From Octopus sinensis (taxonomy: Eukaryota): DNA of 64,000 nucleotides. Below the pieces are notes generated by a model. That model worked only from the letters and a program-made list of their open reading frames with translations, did not search any database and had not been told where the DNA came from. The stretch spans positions 14,016-78,015 of the forward strand of contig NW_021833275.1 in NCBI RefSeq assembly GCF_006345805.1. Direction: 5' to 3'. Below are positions 13,489-25,238 of the stretch, piece by piece (position 1 is the first letter of the stretch; the number at the start of each line of letters is the position of its first letter). The position numbers were made by a program, and so were the translations under genes.

Positions 13489-13880
13489 CTAGCAGTATCG
13501 CCCGGCGTTGCTCGGTTTGTAAGGGAAATAACTATATAAGCATTTTTAGAGATGTAAAGTATAATAGCCATCTCAATATGGCTAACCACAAAGGAGGGGG
13601 GTGTTACTGTAGCTTTTTACGTTCTGAGATTTAATAATAAATTTTTAGAGAGTTACATCCCTTATATATGCCAAAAATGCATTAAAAATGGGAAAAATTG
13701 ATGGTAATTTTTTTTTTAAATCGTAGACTAATCGTAGACGCGCGCTAATACCCAGAAGCTCGATATGAATCACGACTATAAGATACCCGGTTTTGGTTAA
13801 ACTGCACCGCAAAATGTGGGAGTAGTTAGGAATCTAAATCGTAGGAGACAGACACACAACTTCTCTTTTATATATAAAGA
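13489..13880 (-). mobile_element. Non-autonomous Helitron
   Basis: Minus strand 5' TC...TATATA; 3' CCGAGCAACGCCGGG hairpin + GATACTGCTAG, between A and T; 5' ~200 bp and 3' end homologous to 61264-62292. Confidence 0.85.
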
Positions 13881-14483
13881 TATATATATATATATATAGC
13901 TATGTGTGAGTGCCTCTTCCATCACCACTAGACAACCGGTGTTGGCGTGTTTATGTCTTCGTAACTTAACGGTTAGACAAAATAGATCGATAGAATAAAT
14001 ACTAAGCTTAAAAATTAAGTCCTAGGGTCGATTTTCTCGACTAAAAGCCTTCAAGGCGGTGCTCCAGCGTGGCCGCAGTTAAATGACTAAAACAAGAAAA
14101 AGAATAAAAGAATACATATATGTGTGTGTGTATGTCTGTGTGCGTGCGTGTGTGTGTGTGTGTGTGTGTGTGTTTATCATAATGTATAGTAAACAAATAG
14201 TGCTTAGTACAAGGAACACAGTAAACAATATTTGGTTATATCTGCAAAGTTCTCAATTTATTTCAAATGAAATTCTCTGAGAAAAATAAATCGAAGACAT
14301 TACAGACGATAGAAATTGTTCCGTTCAAAATATTTTGTCCGAAAAAGTCGGAAAAATTCTTTATTTACCATTTCTATTTCCTCTTCATTCTCATTTCCAT
14401 ATTCTTTACAGTCCATCCTGTTTTTCGAATTATTTCGGGTGTTTGAGTAAGATATAAGCATGTAACACACACACACACACACG

Positions 14484-14545
<62 letters not shown>

Positions 14546-15295
14546 ACACACACGCGCGCAGAGATAGTCGAACACACACATATATACAAGTGCATACACA
14601 CATAAGCACGAATACTCACACATACACACATGCGTGCACAGACATATACTCATAAACTACACACATGAATACGCATACACATACACACATGTATGCATAC
14701 ATATACACACACACACACATATTCTTCCATTCACCCATCAATCCATTAATACATACACACAGACACATACACATCAACAAACGTTGACATGTGTACTTAA
14801 CAGATATATACACGGTATTTTTGTTTTATATGTACATAAACGGGCAAGCATACACATTTAGTCATATATGCATTCAAAAGGGTACACACACACACACTCA
14901 CTCACACACACACACACACACAAGTACACACATATCTGTATCTGTATGTGGGTATATGTGTGTGTGTGTGTGTATCGATATCCTGACATACAAAAGAGAA
15001 TCAAATTGAAGAATACCAGAAAAGATTGAGCTATTAACGTTGAGCCAAAATTAGACATACGGACGTTAGGCGCTGACAGACAGGCCATTATCAACAGCGA
15101 TAACGTTAGAGATGGCAAACAACAGTATTAAAAAAAAAGTATACAACGACAACAGCAATAACAACAACAATAACAAAAGACGATGATGACGTCAACACAC
15201 GATCAGCGCTTATTCATGATTAGAAGAACGATGAGAAGAAGGGAAAGACGAAAAAGGCCATTTATATCCAAATCCCGTACATAGGTATATATATA

Positions 15296-15296
15296 C

Positions 15297-15390
<94 letters not shown>
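15296..15390. repeat. (TATC)n tract, unoccupied
   Basis: Direct reading; no Tx1 ends adjacent. Confidence 0.9.
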
Positions 15391-15462
15391 CATCTGTGTA
15401 TATCTATGTAAAAAAATATATAGCATGTATATATATATATGTATATATATATATGTGTATAT

Positions 15463-15538
<76 letters not shown>

Positions 15539-15944
15539 TTAGTTATCGCCATACTAATATGGCATTCTTATAAAAATAAGAATAAAGCTGTCCGCTTATT
15601 AGCTCCATGAGGCCATCGCCTTAAGTTAGCTATTTGATACACAAACTGTATCCATATAACCTTCGAAGGTTATATGGATACATTTTGTGTATCAAATAGC
15701 TAACTTAAGGCGATGGCCTCATGGAGCTAATAAGCGGACAGCTTTATTCTTATTTTTATAAGAATGCCATATTAGTATGGCGATAACTATTATTTTCGGG
15801 AACGCTGCCGTTGTTCTCTTTTAGAGAGACTTAGTAATTTTAATATTTCTATTATTGAAAACAAGTGGATGTATTCCACCGAAGTTAGGTAAATAAAACC
15901 TTTGAACAGAGATTGTCAGAAGCGACACCTACTGGTCTGGCTAC

Positions 15945-15986
15945 GCTGCATTGAAAAGGGGCAATACCCCGAAACGCGTCTGTAGC
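15945..15986 (+). ncRNA. Type I hammerhead ribozyme, U3-A8 core variant (predicted cleavage after 15980)
   Basis: GCTGCA-TTGAAAA-GGGG CAATA CCCC-GAAA-CGCGTC-TGTAGC: 6-bp stem I, 4-bp stem II, palindromic ACGCGT stem III, GUC triplet. Confidence 0.8.
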
Positions 15987-16305
15987 TGCCGGTCAAGTAG
16001 TGTGGAGCGACTGACCTCCCTTGTTCGAAGGTTATATGGATACAGTTGTGTATCAATAGCTAACTTAAGGCGATGGCCTCATGGAGCTAATAAGCGGACA
16101 GCTTTATTCTTATTTTTATAAGAATGCCATATTAGTATGGCGATAACTATTATTTTCCGGGAACGCTGCCGTTGTTCTCTTTTAGAGAGACTTAGTAATT
16201 TTAATATTTCTATTATTGAAAACAAGTGGATGTATTCCACCGAAGTTAGGTAAATAAAACCTTTGAACAGAGATTGTCAGAAGCGACACCTACTGGTCTG
16301 GCTAC

Positions 16306-16347
16306 GCTGCATTGAAAAGGGGCAATACCCCGAAACGCGTCTGTAGC
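16306..16347 (+). ncRNA. Type I hammerhead ribozyme, U3-A8 variant, second copy (predicted cleavage after 16341)
   Basis: Identical to 15945-15986, 361 nt downstream. Confidence 0.8.
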
Positions 16348-16575
16348 TGCCGGTCAAGTAGTGTGGAGCGACTGACCTCCCTTGTTCGAAGGTTATATGG
16401 ATACAGTTTGTGTATCAAATAGCTAACTTAAGGCGATGGCCTCATGGAGCTAATAAGCGGACAGCTTTATCTTATTTTTATAAGAATGCCATATTAGTAT
16501 GGCGATAACTATTATTTTCCGGGAACGCTGCCGTTGTTCTCTTTTAGAGAGACTTAGTAATTTTAATATTTCTAT

Positions 16576-16631
<56 letters not shown>

Positions 16632-16869
16632 ATATACACACACATATATATATAATAATAATATTAGGGAGTAAATCCAAACTTACAGGGAAAAATTAGA
16701 TTTAGGATTAAATCCAATTTTACAGTATAAATATATATATTATTTTATATATTTTGTATATTGCATTAATTAATTTTATTTCTATGTATTGGTTTATGTT
16801 TTTCACTGTTTGATTTGCCTAATAGTGGTTTTATCTCTAATTTAATATATATATATATATATAAATAAA

Positions 16870-17200
16870 ATAAAATGCAAAATGGGCCAAGAACGCAAAA
16901 CATCCGGATAACTAGCTGATACAAAAAGGGAAAACAAAACATCTAGATAGACGATAGAAAAAAAAAACACGGACGGGTCATTCGAAGCCTTTTATCTTCA
17001 GTCAAGAACCGGATCATCCTCGCAATTTCGGCTGATTAATCTTGAGATTGCTCCAATCTGGCCAGCCCAAGGAAAAACTAAGCTAAGAGCATTATATTCC
17101 TTGGAAAAAAAGCATCGAATGTATACGAAACAAGGACGGAAAAACAGACGATGATACACGAATATAAATACAAAAGTACAATAAAAAACCAAAAAAACAA
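16870..17200 (-). repeat. Dispersed repeat homologous to 13330-13480
   Basis: By-eye alignment of the reverse complement. Confidence 0.5.
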
Positions 17201-17589
17201 TATTGATAATAATAACAGGACATAACAACAGGCGTCTTTCGACTGGGGACAGACAAATATCACATTCCGCTAGTCGTTCCATGTGCTTCACCTAACTTGC
17301 TTTTCTTTTATCACGTGCCTGAACTAATTTTCTTTTACCATATTAAGGACATTACTTAACGAATCTGAAATCCCTCACTTTTAAACAAACTCAGAGGTAA
17401 TCAATCCTCTATGTGGACTTTTAATATGCTAGAAATAGCAAGAATCACATGAGTCTCAAAAGTAATATTTTCAATATTCTAATCCACATATTCAAAACGT
17501 ATGAAAACACAAAGTCGAGAAGCGTGAAATACCTGCCCCTCTAACTCACCAAATTTTTATATTAAGTTCCAGTTTAACAATATACCGTT

Positions 17590-18240
17590 AGTAGAGAAGG
17601 TCTCTGGAGAATTTTGGCGAAGTATGGATGCCCCAGAAAAATCATCACCATCGTAAGACAACTAGGAAGGAATTACAACCGTGTTTCGTGGTCTGCTACC
17701 ACAACAGCTCCTTTATAGGATCCAGTTAGCTCAAGACATCATCAGGAGGAACCACGTCCGGTTTTGGCCCCTACTCCTCTACCGTTTTGACGTGGCGCCC
17801 CCTCCTTTCAGAGGTTTCTCAGCTCTGGTGTTGGGTGCATGCCTTCTTTCTTCTGTTCCCTGGCTTCTTCGATGCATCGTCAGCGAGTGTCAGCCGGTGA
17901 CTGACTGACTTGTCAAATTTCTCCCTTTAAATACCTGCCGCATAGGCTCCAGCAGGGAGCCCCAGCAAGTTGCCACATTACACTGTCTCACCTTAACTAA
18001 CTAGTGAAAGCGCGTTGTTTTAGCCCGCGCATTCTCTAAACGACCGTCACCTGTCAGTCAGCGAAGCTGATTCAGTGTCAGCTTGTCTCACTTGTTAGCA
18101 AGGGTACAGGACAACGAAGAGACCTCAGATCCATTCCCTGTCTCCAACGGAGCGAAACAAGGATGTGTTCTTGCTCCCACCTTGTTCAGCCTTACGTTTT
18201 CAGCCATGCTGACAGATGCTTTCTGGGACACACGCCACCT
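17590..18240 (+). pseudogene. RTE-clade RT fragment split by an insertion
   Basis: 17590-17663 reads SREGLWRILAKYGCPRKIITIVRQL; 18086-18240 resumes LLARVQDNEETSDPFPVSNGAKQGCVLAPTLFS (RTE KQGCVLAPTLF motif). Confidence 0.8.
17664..18085 (-). mobile_element. Unclassified ~420-bp insertion (LTR/pseudo-LTR-like)
   Basis: Interrupts the RTE frame; minus strand has TATTTAAA and a CTGATGAT...GAAAC hammerhead-like tail lacking stem I. Confidence 0.45.
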
Positions 18241-18424
18241 GGAAGGTGCATGTAGAAATTTCATTAAAAATATTCATTCTTCAGGACGTTATCGGGAGAA
18301 AAAGTCGGGGAGCAGGGTATACTACTGTAGCTATGCCCTAAATTTACTGAGCAATTGAGTACTATTTGACGAATAAAGGATACGAAAGAAAATTAGACGT
18401 AACAAATCTGAAAATACGCACAAA

Positions 18425-18816
18425 TCTCTCTATATATAAAGCTGAAGTTGCCTGTGTATGGCAGGTTTAGTAGCCTTCAACTAACACTATCTACTCCGAG
18501 ACCCTGCGGCACAAGTTGACCAACATTGAGAGTATGATAGAAGAAGGCTTGCTTTTCCTTCCATCGAAGAAAAAATTCAAATCGGATCATGTTAACACCA
18601 AAAATTATTCACATCAAAAAGGTGCTTTTTTTCTATGCAAATCCCTATTTTTTACGATTTTTTGACTGCTGTGTCGCTATTTTTCGGTGTATTTCAACCA
18701 GAAAAATGTTCGCTTAAAGAGAATAACAAGCTACATGATGCAAAATTTTTACTTTTCAAAAATTCCAATTCTAAAGGGTCGAAACAAACCTGAGCAACGC
18801 CGGGCGATACTGCTAG
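18425..18816 (+). mobile_element. Non-autonomous Helitron (different internal sequence)
   Basis: A|TCTCTCTATATATAAA ... CCTGAGCAACGCCGGGCGATACTGCTAG|T. Confidence 0.85.
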
Positions 18817-19687
18817 TTACTCTCTTTACTCTTTTACTCTCTTTTACTTGTTTCAGTCATTTGACTGCGGCCATGCTGGAGCACCGCCTTTAGTCGAGCA
18901 AATCGACCCCGGGACTCATTCTTTGTAAGCCCAGTACTTATTCTATCGGTCTCTTTTGCCGAACCGCTAAGTGACGGGGACGTAAACACACCAGTATCGG
19001 TTGTCAAGCAATGCTAGGGGGACAAACACAGACACACAAACATATACACACACATATATATATACATATATACGACAGGCTTCTTTCAGTTTCCGTCTAC
19101 CAAATCCACTCATAAGGCATTGGTCGGCCCGGGGCTATAGCAGAAGACACTTGTCCAAGATGCCACGCAGTGGGGAACCACGTGGTTGGTTAGCAAGCTA
19201 CTTTATTTCAACAATTTTGCCACTAGGGCAGTACACAGAGTAGCTACGGGCTGGACAAAGACATTAATGGATGATGGTGGTGGTGGATGAAGATGGTGAT
19301 GGGAGAAGTCAAAAAGCGCCCGCCGACTTCCGCTTCTCTAAGACATTGTTCTTTTTTTTCAATAAGTTCAATTTTCTTTTTTTTCCCTTAGTTTCAATAA
19401 ATCGACATGAGGTTGCAAACCTCTTACAGGAAGGAGGCACTAAAACCTCTTACAAAGTTCTTTTTTTCATTTCTTTTGCCACAAGGGCAGTATATGAATT
19501 CACAAAAATTCTCCCTGTCAGGTCCCCGAAGCAAATTGTCTTGCCGCCTGCAGACAACTCTGCGACGAAATGTCCTACCTGTTGCCGTAAAATGTTCAAT
19601 AATTCACGTTAACACGTGACATTTGCCGGAGCGAAAAAAAAACGCGTCCGTTCGGTGAGAAAGCTATTTACCACACAGCCACTCCTG
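18817..19687 (-). mobile_element. tRNA-derived SINE family A, head interrupted by an insertion at 19204-19660
   Basis: Colinear with copies at 34272-34698 and 60499-60902; head resumes at 19661 (TTACCACACAGCCACTCCTGC). Confidence 0.85.
19204..19660 (-). mobile_element. 457-bp non-coding retroposed element with Tx1-like termini
   Basis: Target duplication AAGCTA(C/T)TT at 19195-19203 and 19661-19669; minus strand starts ...ACGGACGCG and ends GCCCTAGTGGC...GAAATA. Confidence 0.65.
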
Positions 19688-19933
19688 CTTCTGTATGTAA
19701 TGGATATGTATAAATATGTGTTTGTGCGCGAACGTGGCTGTACGCGTGCGTGATAGGGAACTGCTTTACTTCCAAACGTTTTTCTGTTAATTAAGATTTT
19801 GCATATTTCCTATGTGATCTTTTATGGTTGGTTTGGAAGAAAAGCAATTCCGTCATTAATTTTCTCTTGGATTTCAGTGTTTATAGTACCAATCTAATGA
19901 ATGTTCGTGCAGGCTTCTCATCATAAGATATTC

Positions 19934-20356
19934 GGATCTTTTCGGTTTTTAACATAATTTTTAGGTAACTAAAAAATTTTAAACTTCGTATACTGCTAGA
20001 ATGTGTTTATAAAACATCTTTTTCTCTTGGCTTTATTGAGAAAATTCTATGGTTTGTAAGATATTTGCTGTTTTTATCTTCAATTTCTGCAATTTCAACC
20101 AATCAAATACGTCTATTGGGGTAAAAAACATTCTGTGCCGTATGAATTTGTCCCCTCGTTTAAGAAACAGATTGGGTTTATTTACATTTGTGAAGACAAA
20201 GAAGATACCCTTCCCCCCACCACTAACCCTAACTATCCTTAACTAACCCTAACCCTAAAATATTGAAATGCAATAGATCAATACTAGGGTCATATTTATG
20301 GGTGACAATTTCATATGACACCACTAGAAAAACTGCGGTTCAAACCGAAAAGATCC
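19934..20356. mobile_element. hAT-type MITE
   Basis: 15-bp TIR GGATCTTTTCGGTTT/AAACCGAAAAGATCC; 8-bp TSD AGATATTC on both sides; internal (CCCTAA)-like repeats. Confidence 0.92.
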
Positions 20357-20595
20357 AGATATTCTTGTAGTTTTTATTTTTGTGTCGAGAGGAACGTCAA
20401 CAAACGAGGGCTGGTGAGAACAAGTTTTTATTTGAATAATTGTTTTTGCGTCATCTCGTATATCAATTGGAAAAGGTGTGGCTATGAGGTAAGAAATGTG
20501 CTTCGCTACCACAGGGTTCCAAGTTCAGTCCCACCACATGCCACCTTGAGTAAATGTCTTCTACAATAGCCCTGTGCTGATCAAAGCCTTATGAA

Positions 20596-20637
<42 letters not shown>

Positions 20638-20641
20638 TATA

Positions 20642-20868
20642 TATTTCTTTACTACCCACAAGGGGCTAAACACAGAGGGAACAAACAAGGACAAAGGGAT
20701 TAAGTCGATTACATCGACCCCAGTGTGGAACTGGTACTTTATTTATCGACCCCGAAAGTATGAAAGGCAAAGTCGACCTCGGTGGAATTTGAACTCAGAA
20801 CGTAACGGCAGACGAAATACAGCTACGCATTTCGCCCGGCGTGCTAACGATTCTGCCAGCTCGCCGCC
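20642..20868 (-). mobile_element. tRNA-derived SINE family B (Tx1-like 3' tail)
   Basis: Head GGCGGCGAGCTGGCAGAATCGTTAGC...GAGTTCAAATTCC; tail TTTGTTCCCTCTGTGTTTAGCCCCTTGTGGGTAGTAAAGAAATA. Confidence 0.85.
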
Positions 20869-21045
20869 TTGAATATATATAGGAGGTGAAAGTTGTTACT
20901 ATTCTGAGAAGTCATGTTTATTGTCGCATCAATATGGCTGTTCGATGTTACTATTTTAACACCTGGCGGATCTTCCGCCAGCTGGTTACTGCTGCAACCT
21001 GTATCCTATGTATAATGCAAGCACGGGAGCGAACCCCTACTGTAT

Positions 21046-21422
21046 TCATGGTTCCGGGTTCGGTCCCACTGCGTGGCACCTTGAGCAAGTGTCTTCTACT
21101 ATAGCCTCGGGCCGACCAAAGCCTTGTGAGTGGATTTGTTGGACGGAAACTGAAAGAAGCCCGTCGTATATATGTATTTATCTGAATATATGTGTGTGTT
21201 TTTGTGTCTGTGTTTCTCCTCCCAACATCGCTTGACAACCGATGCTGGTGTGTTTACGTCCCCGTAACTTAGCGGTTCGGCAAAAGGGCCCGATAGAATA
21301 AGTACTGGGCTTACAAAGAATAAGTCCTGGGGTCGATTTGCTCAACTAAAGGCAGTGCTCCAGCATGGCCGCAGTCAAATGACTGAAACAAGTAAAAGAA
21401 TAAACGAGTAAAAGAGTAAAGA

Positions 21423-21424
<2 letters not shown>
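21046..21424 (+). mobile_element. SINE family A (5'-truncated head)
   Basis: GGTTCGGTCCCACTGCGTGGCACCTTG...CAGCATGGCCGCAGTCAAATGACTGAAACAAGTAAAAGA. Confidence 0.85.
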
Positions 21425-21503
<79 letters not shown>

Positions 21504-22271
21504 CGTGTGTGCGTGCGTGTGTGTGAGTGTTTGTGTATGTGTGTGTGTGTGTGTTGTGTGTTTTTGTGTCTGTGTGTCTGTGTGTGCGTGTGTGTATTTG
21601 TGTCTGTGTTTGTGCCCCACTCCCGCTTGACAGCTAATGTTGGTGTGTTTACGTCCCCGTAACATAGCGGTTTGGCAAACCCCTCTCCCCAAAAAAGACA
21701 GAATGAATAAGTACCAGGCTTTTAAAAGAATAAAAGAAAAAGAAAATACTGGGCCCGATTAAAAAATACTTCAAGGCGGTGCTCCAGCATGGTCGTAGTC
21801 TGATGCCTGAAATAAGTAAAAAAAAAAAAATAAATAAAATAACGTAGAAGTCAAAAGATAACGAAAAAATAGTGAAATAACTAAAAAAAGAATTCCGTTT
21901 AAAAGTGGAATAATCTAAACACGACTTTCTGTGCCAATTCCAAAGCAAGACTGCAAAACAATTATGGTCTCCTGACCAATGATTGTTTCGTGTATTTCTT
22001 TGGTGCCAAATGTTGTGTCAGTCTGGAAGGATGTAAAGTGCTACAACAAACCAATGATGTCATTTTGCCAAACTCGAATCTAATATCATCTTAATTAATT
22101 GCTACATATAATTTATCAATTCGTGTTTGGCAGAGTTCGATTGCAAATATTTTAGCGGTTGTTGCTGCTACTGCTGTCGTCGTTTCTGTATCTGCTTCTG
22201 CTTGTTTCTGCTGATGACGCTGACGAGGAAAAATTATCATCGTCAGAACTATTATCACCACCATAAAACCA

Positions 22272-22314
22272 CCTCCAATACGACGACGACTACGACGACG
22301 ACGACGACGACGGC

Positions 22315-22353
<39 letters not shown>

Positions 22354-22461
22354 CACCACCACCACCACCACTAGCACCAGCACCACCACCATCACCAGCA
22401 CCACACCACCAGCACTACCAGCACCACCTCCAGCACCACCAGCACCACCACTACCACAACC

Positions 22462-22495
<34 letters not shown>

Positions 22496-22675
22496 GCACC
22501 AGCACCAGCAGCAGCAGCAGCACCACCACCACCAGCAGCAGCAGCAGCAGCAGCACCACCACCACCACCACCACCACCACCACACTAGCACCAGCACCAC
22601 CACCATCACCAGCACCACACCACCAGCACTACCAGCACCACCTCCAGCACCACCAGCACCACCACTACCACAACC

Positions 22676-22709
<34 letters not shown>

Positions 22710-23053
22710 GCACCAGCACCAGCAGCAGCAGCAGCACCACCACCACCAGCAGCAGCAGCAGCAGCACCACCACCACCACCACCACCACCACCACCACTAC
22801 CACGACCTCGACGACGACCACGACGACCACGACCCCCATCACGACGACCAAGACCACGACCACGACGACCACGACGACCACCACCGCGACCACCACGACG
22901 ACGACGACGACCACGACATCGACGACCACGACGACCACGACGACCACGACCAGCAGCAGCAGCAGCAGCAGCACCACCACCACCACGATCACCACCACGA
23001 CCACGACAACCACCACGATCACCACGACGACGACGACGACGACGACCACGACG

Positions 23054-23103
<50 letters not shown>

Positions 23104-23240
23104 CATCACCACGACCACGACCACGACCACCACGACCACCACAACCACCACCAGCAGCAGAAGCACCACCACCATCACGACGACGACGACGACGACGACC
23201 ACCACCACCACCACCACGACTACCACCACCACCTCCACCA
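22272..23240. repeat. Compound (CGA/CCA/GCA)n array containing a ~214-bp tandem duplication
   Basis: Block starting CACTAGCACCAGCACC occurs at ~22368 and again at ~22582. Confidence 0.9.
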
Positions 23241-23599
23241 CCTTAACTAACCCTAACCCTAAAATATTGAAATGCAATAGATCAATACTAGGGTCATATT
23301 TATGGGTGACAATTTCATATGACACCACTAGAAAAACTGCGGTTCAAACCGAAAAGATCCAGATATTCTTGTAGTTTTTATTTTTGTGTCGAGAGGAACG
23401 TCAACAAACGAGGGCTGGTGAGAACAAGTTTTTATTTGAATAATTGTTTTTGCGTCATCTCGTATATCAATTGGAAAAGGTGTGGCTATGAGGTAAGAAA
23501 TGTGCTTCGCTACCACAGGGTTCCAAGTTCAGTCCCACCACATGCCACCTTGAGTAAATGTCTTCTACAATAGCCCTGTGCTGATCAAAGCCTTATGAA

Positions 23600-23661
<62 letters not shown>

Positions 23662-24283
23662 TATATATTTATTTACTACCCACAAGGGGCTAAACACAGA
23701 GGGAACAAACAAGGACAAAGGGATTAAGTCGATTACATCGACCCCAGTGTGGAACTGGTACTTTATTTATCGACCCCGAAAGTATGAAAGGCAAAGTCGA
23801 CCTCGGTGGAATTTGAACTCAGAACGTAACGGCAGACGAAATACAGCTACGCATTTCGCCCGGCGTGCTAACGATTCTGCCAGCTCGCCGCCTTGAATAT
23901 ATATAGGAGGTGAAAGTTGTTACTATTCTGAGAAGTCATGTTTATTGTCGCATCAATATGGCTGTTCGATGTTACTATTTTAACACCTGGCGGATCTTCC
24001 GCCAGCTGGTTACTGCTGCAACCTGTATCCTATGTATAATGCAAGCACGGGAGCGAACCCCTACTGTATTCATGGTTCCGGGTTCGGTCCCACTGCGTGG
24101 CACCTTGAGCAAGTGTCTTCTACTATAGCCTCGGGCCGACCAAAGCCTTGTGAGTGGATTTGTTGGACGGAAACTGAAAGAAGCCCGTCGTATATATGTA
24201 TATATCTGAATATATGTGTGTGTTTTTGTGTCTGTGTTTCTCCTCCCAACATCGCTTGACAACCGATGCTGGTGTGTTTACGT
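23241..24283 (+). repeat. ~1.0-kb near-identical duplicate of 20237-21259
   Basis: Same MITE right end with TSD, SINE pieces and unique spacers; differs mainly in (TA)n length. Confidence 0.92.
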
Positions 24284-25028
24284 GTGATCGTCGCATTGAC
24301 CATGACAGAGAAAGTTGAACAGAGAAAGTTGTCATGGTGATACCCGCTCAGAGGCCTGCGCGAAGTTAGAGAAATTGTATGGAGAGGAGTGTATGAACTG
24401 CACACAAGCGCACGATTGGTTCAGATGTTTCCAAGATGGCCAAAAGAAAAAAAAAACAACCTCAATATTGACGAACTTTCTGGGAGACCCACAACCAACA
24501 GAACTGAGAAAAACATCGCAGATGTGCGTGCAGCTGTGAGGGGAGATATCGAATCACCATCCATGAGTTACCAGAGGATGTGCAGATTAGTTACGGTTCA
24601 GTTCAGTCCATTATCACTGAAGATTTGGATAGGAGACGCGTGCCCGTCAAGTTTGTGCCAAAACTGCTTTCAGTTGACCAAAAAGACACCCGGGTTTCAG
24701 TAGTACAAGATATCTTTGATTGTGTCAATAATGATGGAATCTTTTTGAAAACTTTGCGTAGGCCTCTGAGTAGGTATCACCAAGCTTTCGGCAAAATTTG
24801 ATACAGATACTCTACTTAACTTACTCTGTTATGGGCAATGCACGATCACACGCTACACACGTTCCTTCCAAGCACTGCTGTAAACAACGGAAGTGAGCTA
24901 GAACGTTAAAAACCGAGTGCGCATATATGGCAGAGTTCAATGTTAATCTGTGCCAAGCGGCTTCACACTGCTTGCTTTAGCTTCGTTACTATAGCAACAG
25001 TCCGGATACTTATTGATCAGACCACGTA
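24284..25028 (+). mobile_element. Mariner relic: transposase N-terminus followed by an inverted copy of the element's 5' end
   Basis: MTEKVEQR..GDTRSEACAKLEKLYGEE..WFRCFQDG..DELSGRPTT..RRVPVKFVPKLLSVDQK..FLKTL; 24750-25026 is the reverse complement of a 5' end, ending in TIR-like GTCCGGATACTTATTGATCAGACCACG|TA. Confidence 0.85.
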
Positions 25029-25238
25029 TATATAATTACCTCATCTTGCTTCATCTTGTCAGATGATAGCCGTTTCACATTCAGTTTGATTGTTCTGATT
25101 CCCTTTCGTCCTTGCATGTGCGCGGATATAACTTCGCCTCGCAGCCATGGCTATAGAAATTCATAAAATGTAAAACGGACCAAGAAATAGAATGAATAAG
25201 ACATCTGTATATCGTTTGATTTAAGCAACAAAAGTTTG

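Larger units (their letters stand above)
15540..16574 (+). mobile_element. Retrozyme/Penelope-like non-autonomous element: 125-bp inverted segment + ~2.5 tandem 361-bp units
   Basis: Palindrome centred 15664/15665 (arms 15540-15664 and 15665-15789); units start at 15662, 16024 and 16385; no ORF; (TA)n flanks; one hammerhead per complete unit. Confidence 0.85.

Noticed and set aside
20222-20257. True telomere or chromosome-fusion site
   Set aside because: Short, degenerate and internal to a MITE present in several copies.
22127-23328. 153-aa and 240-aa low-complexity ORFs
   Set aside because: Derived from the trinucleotide array; no splice or domain support.
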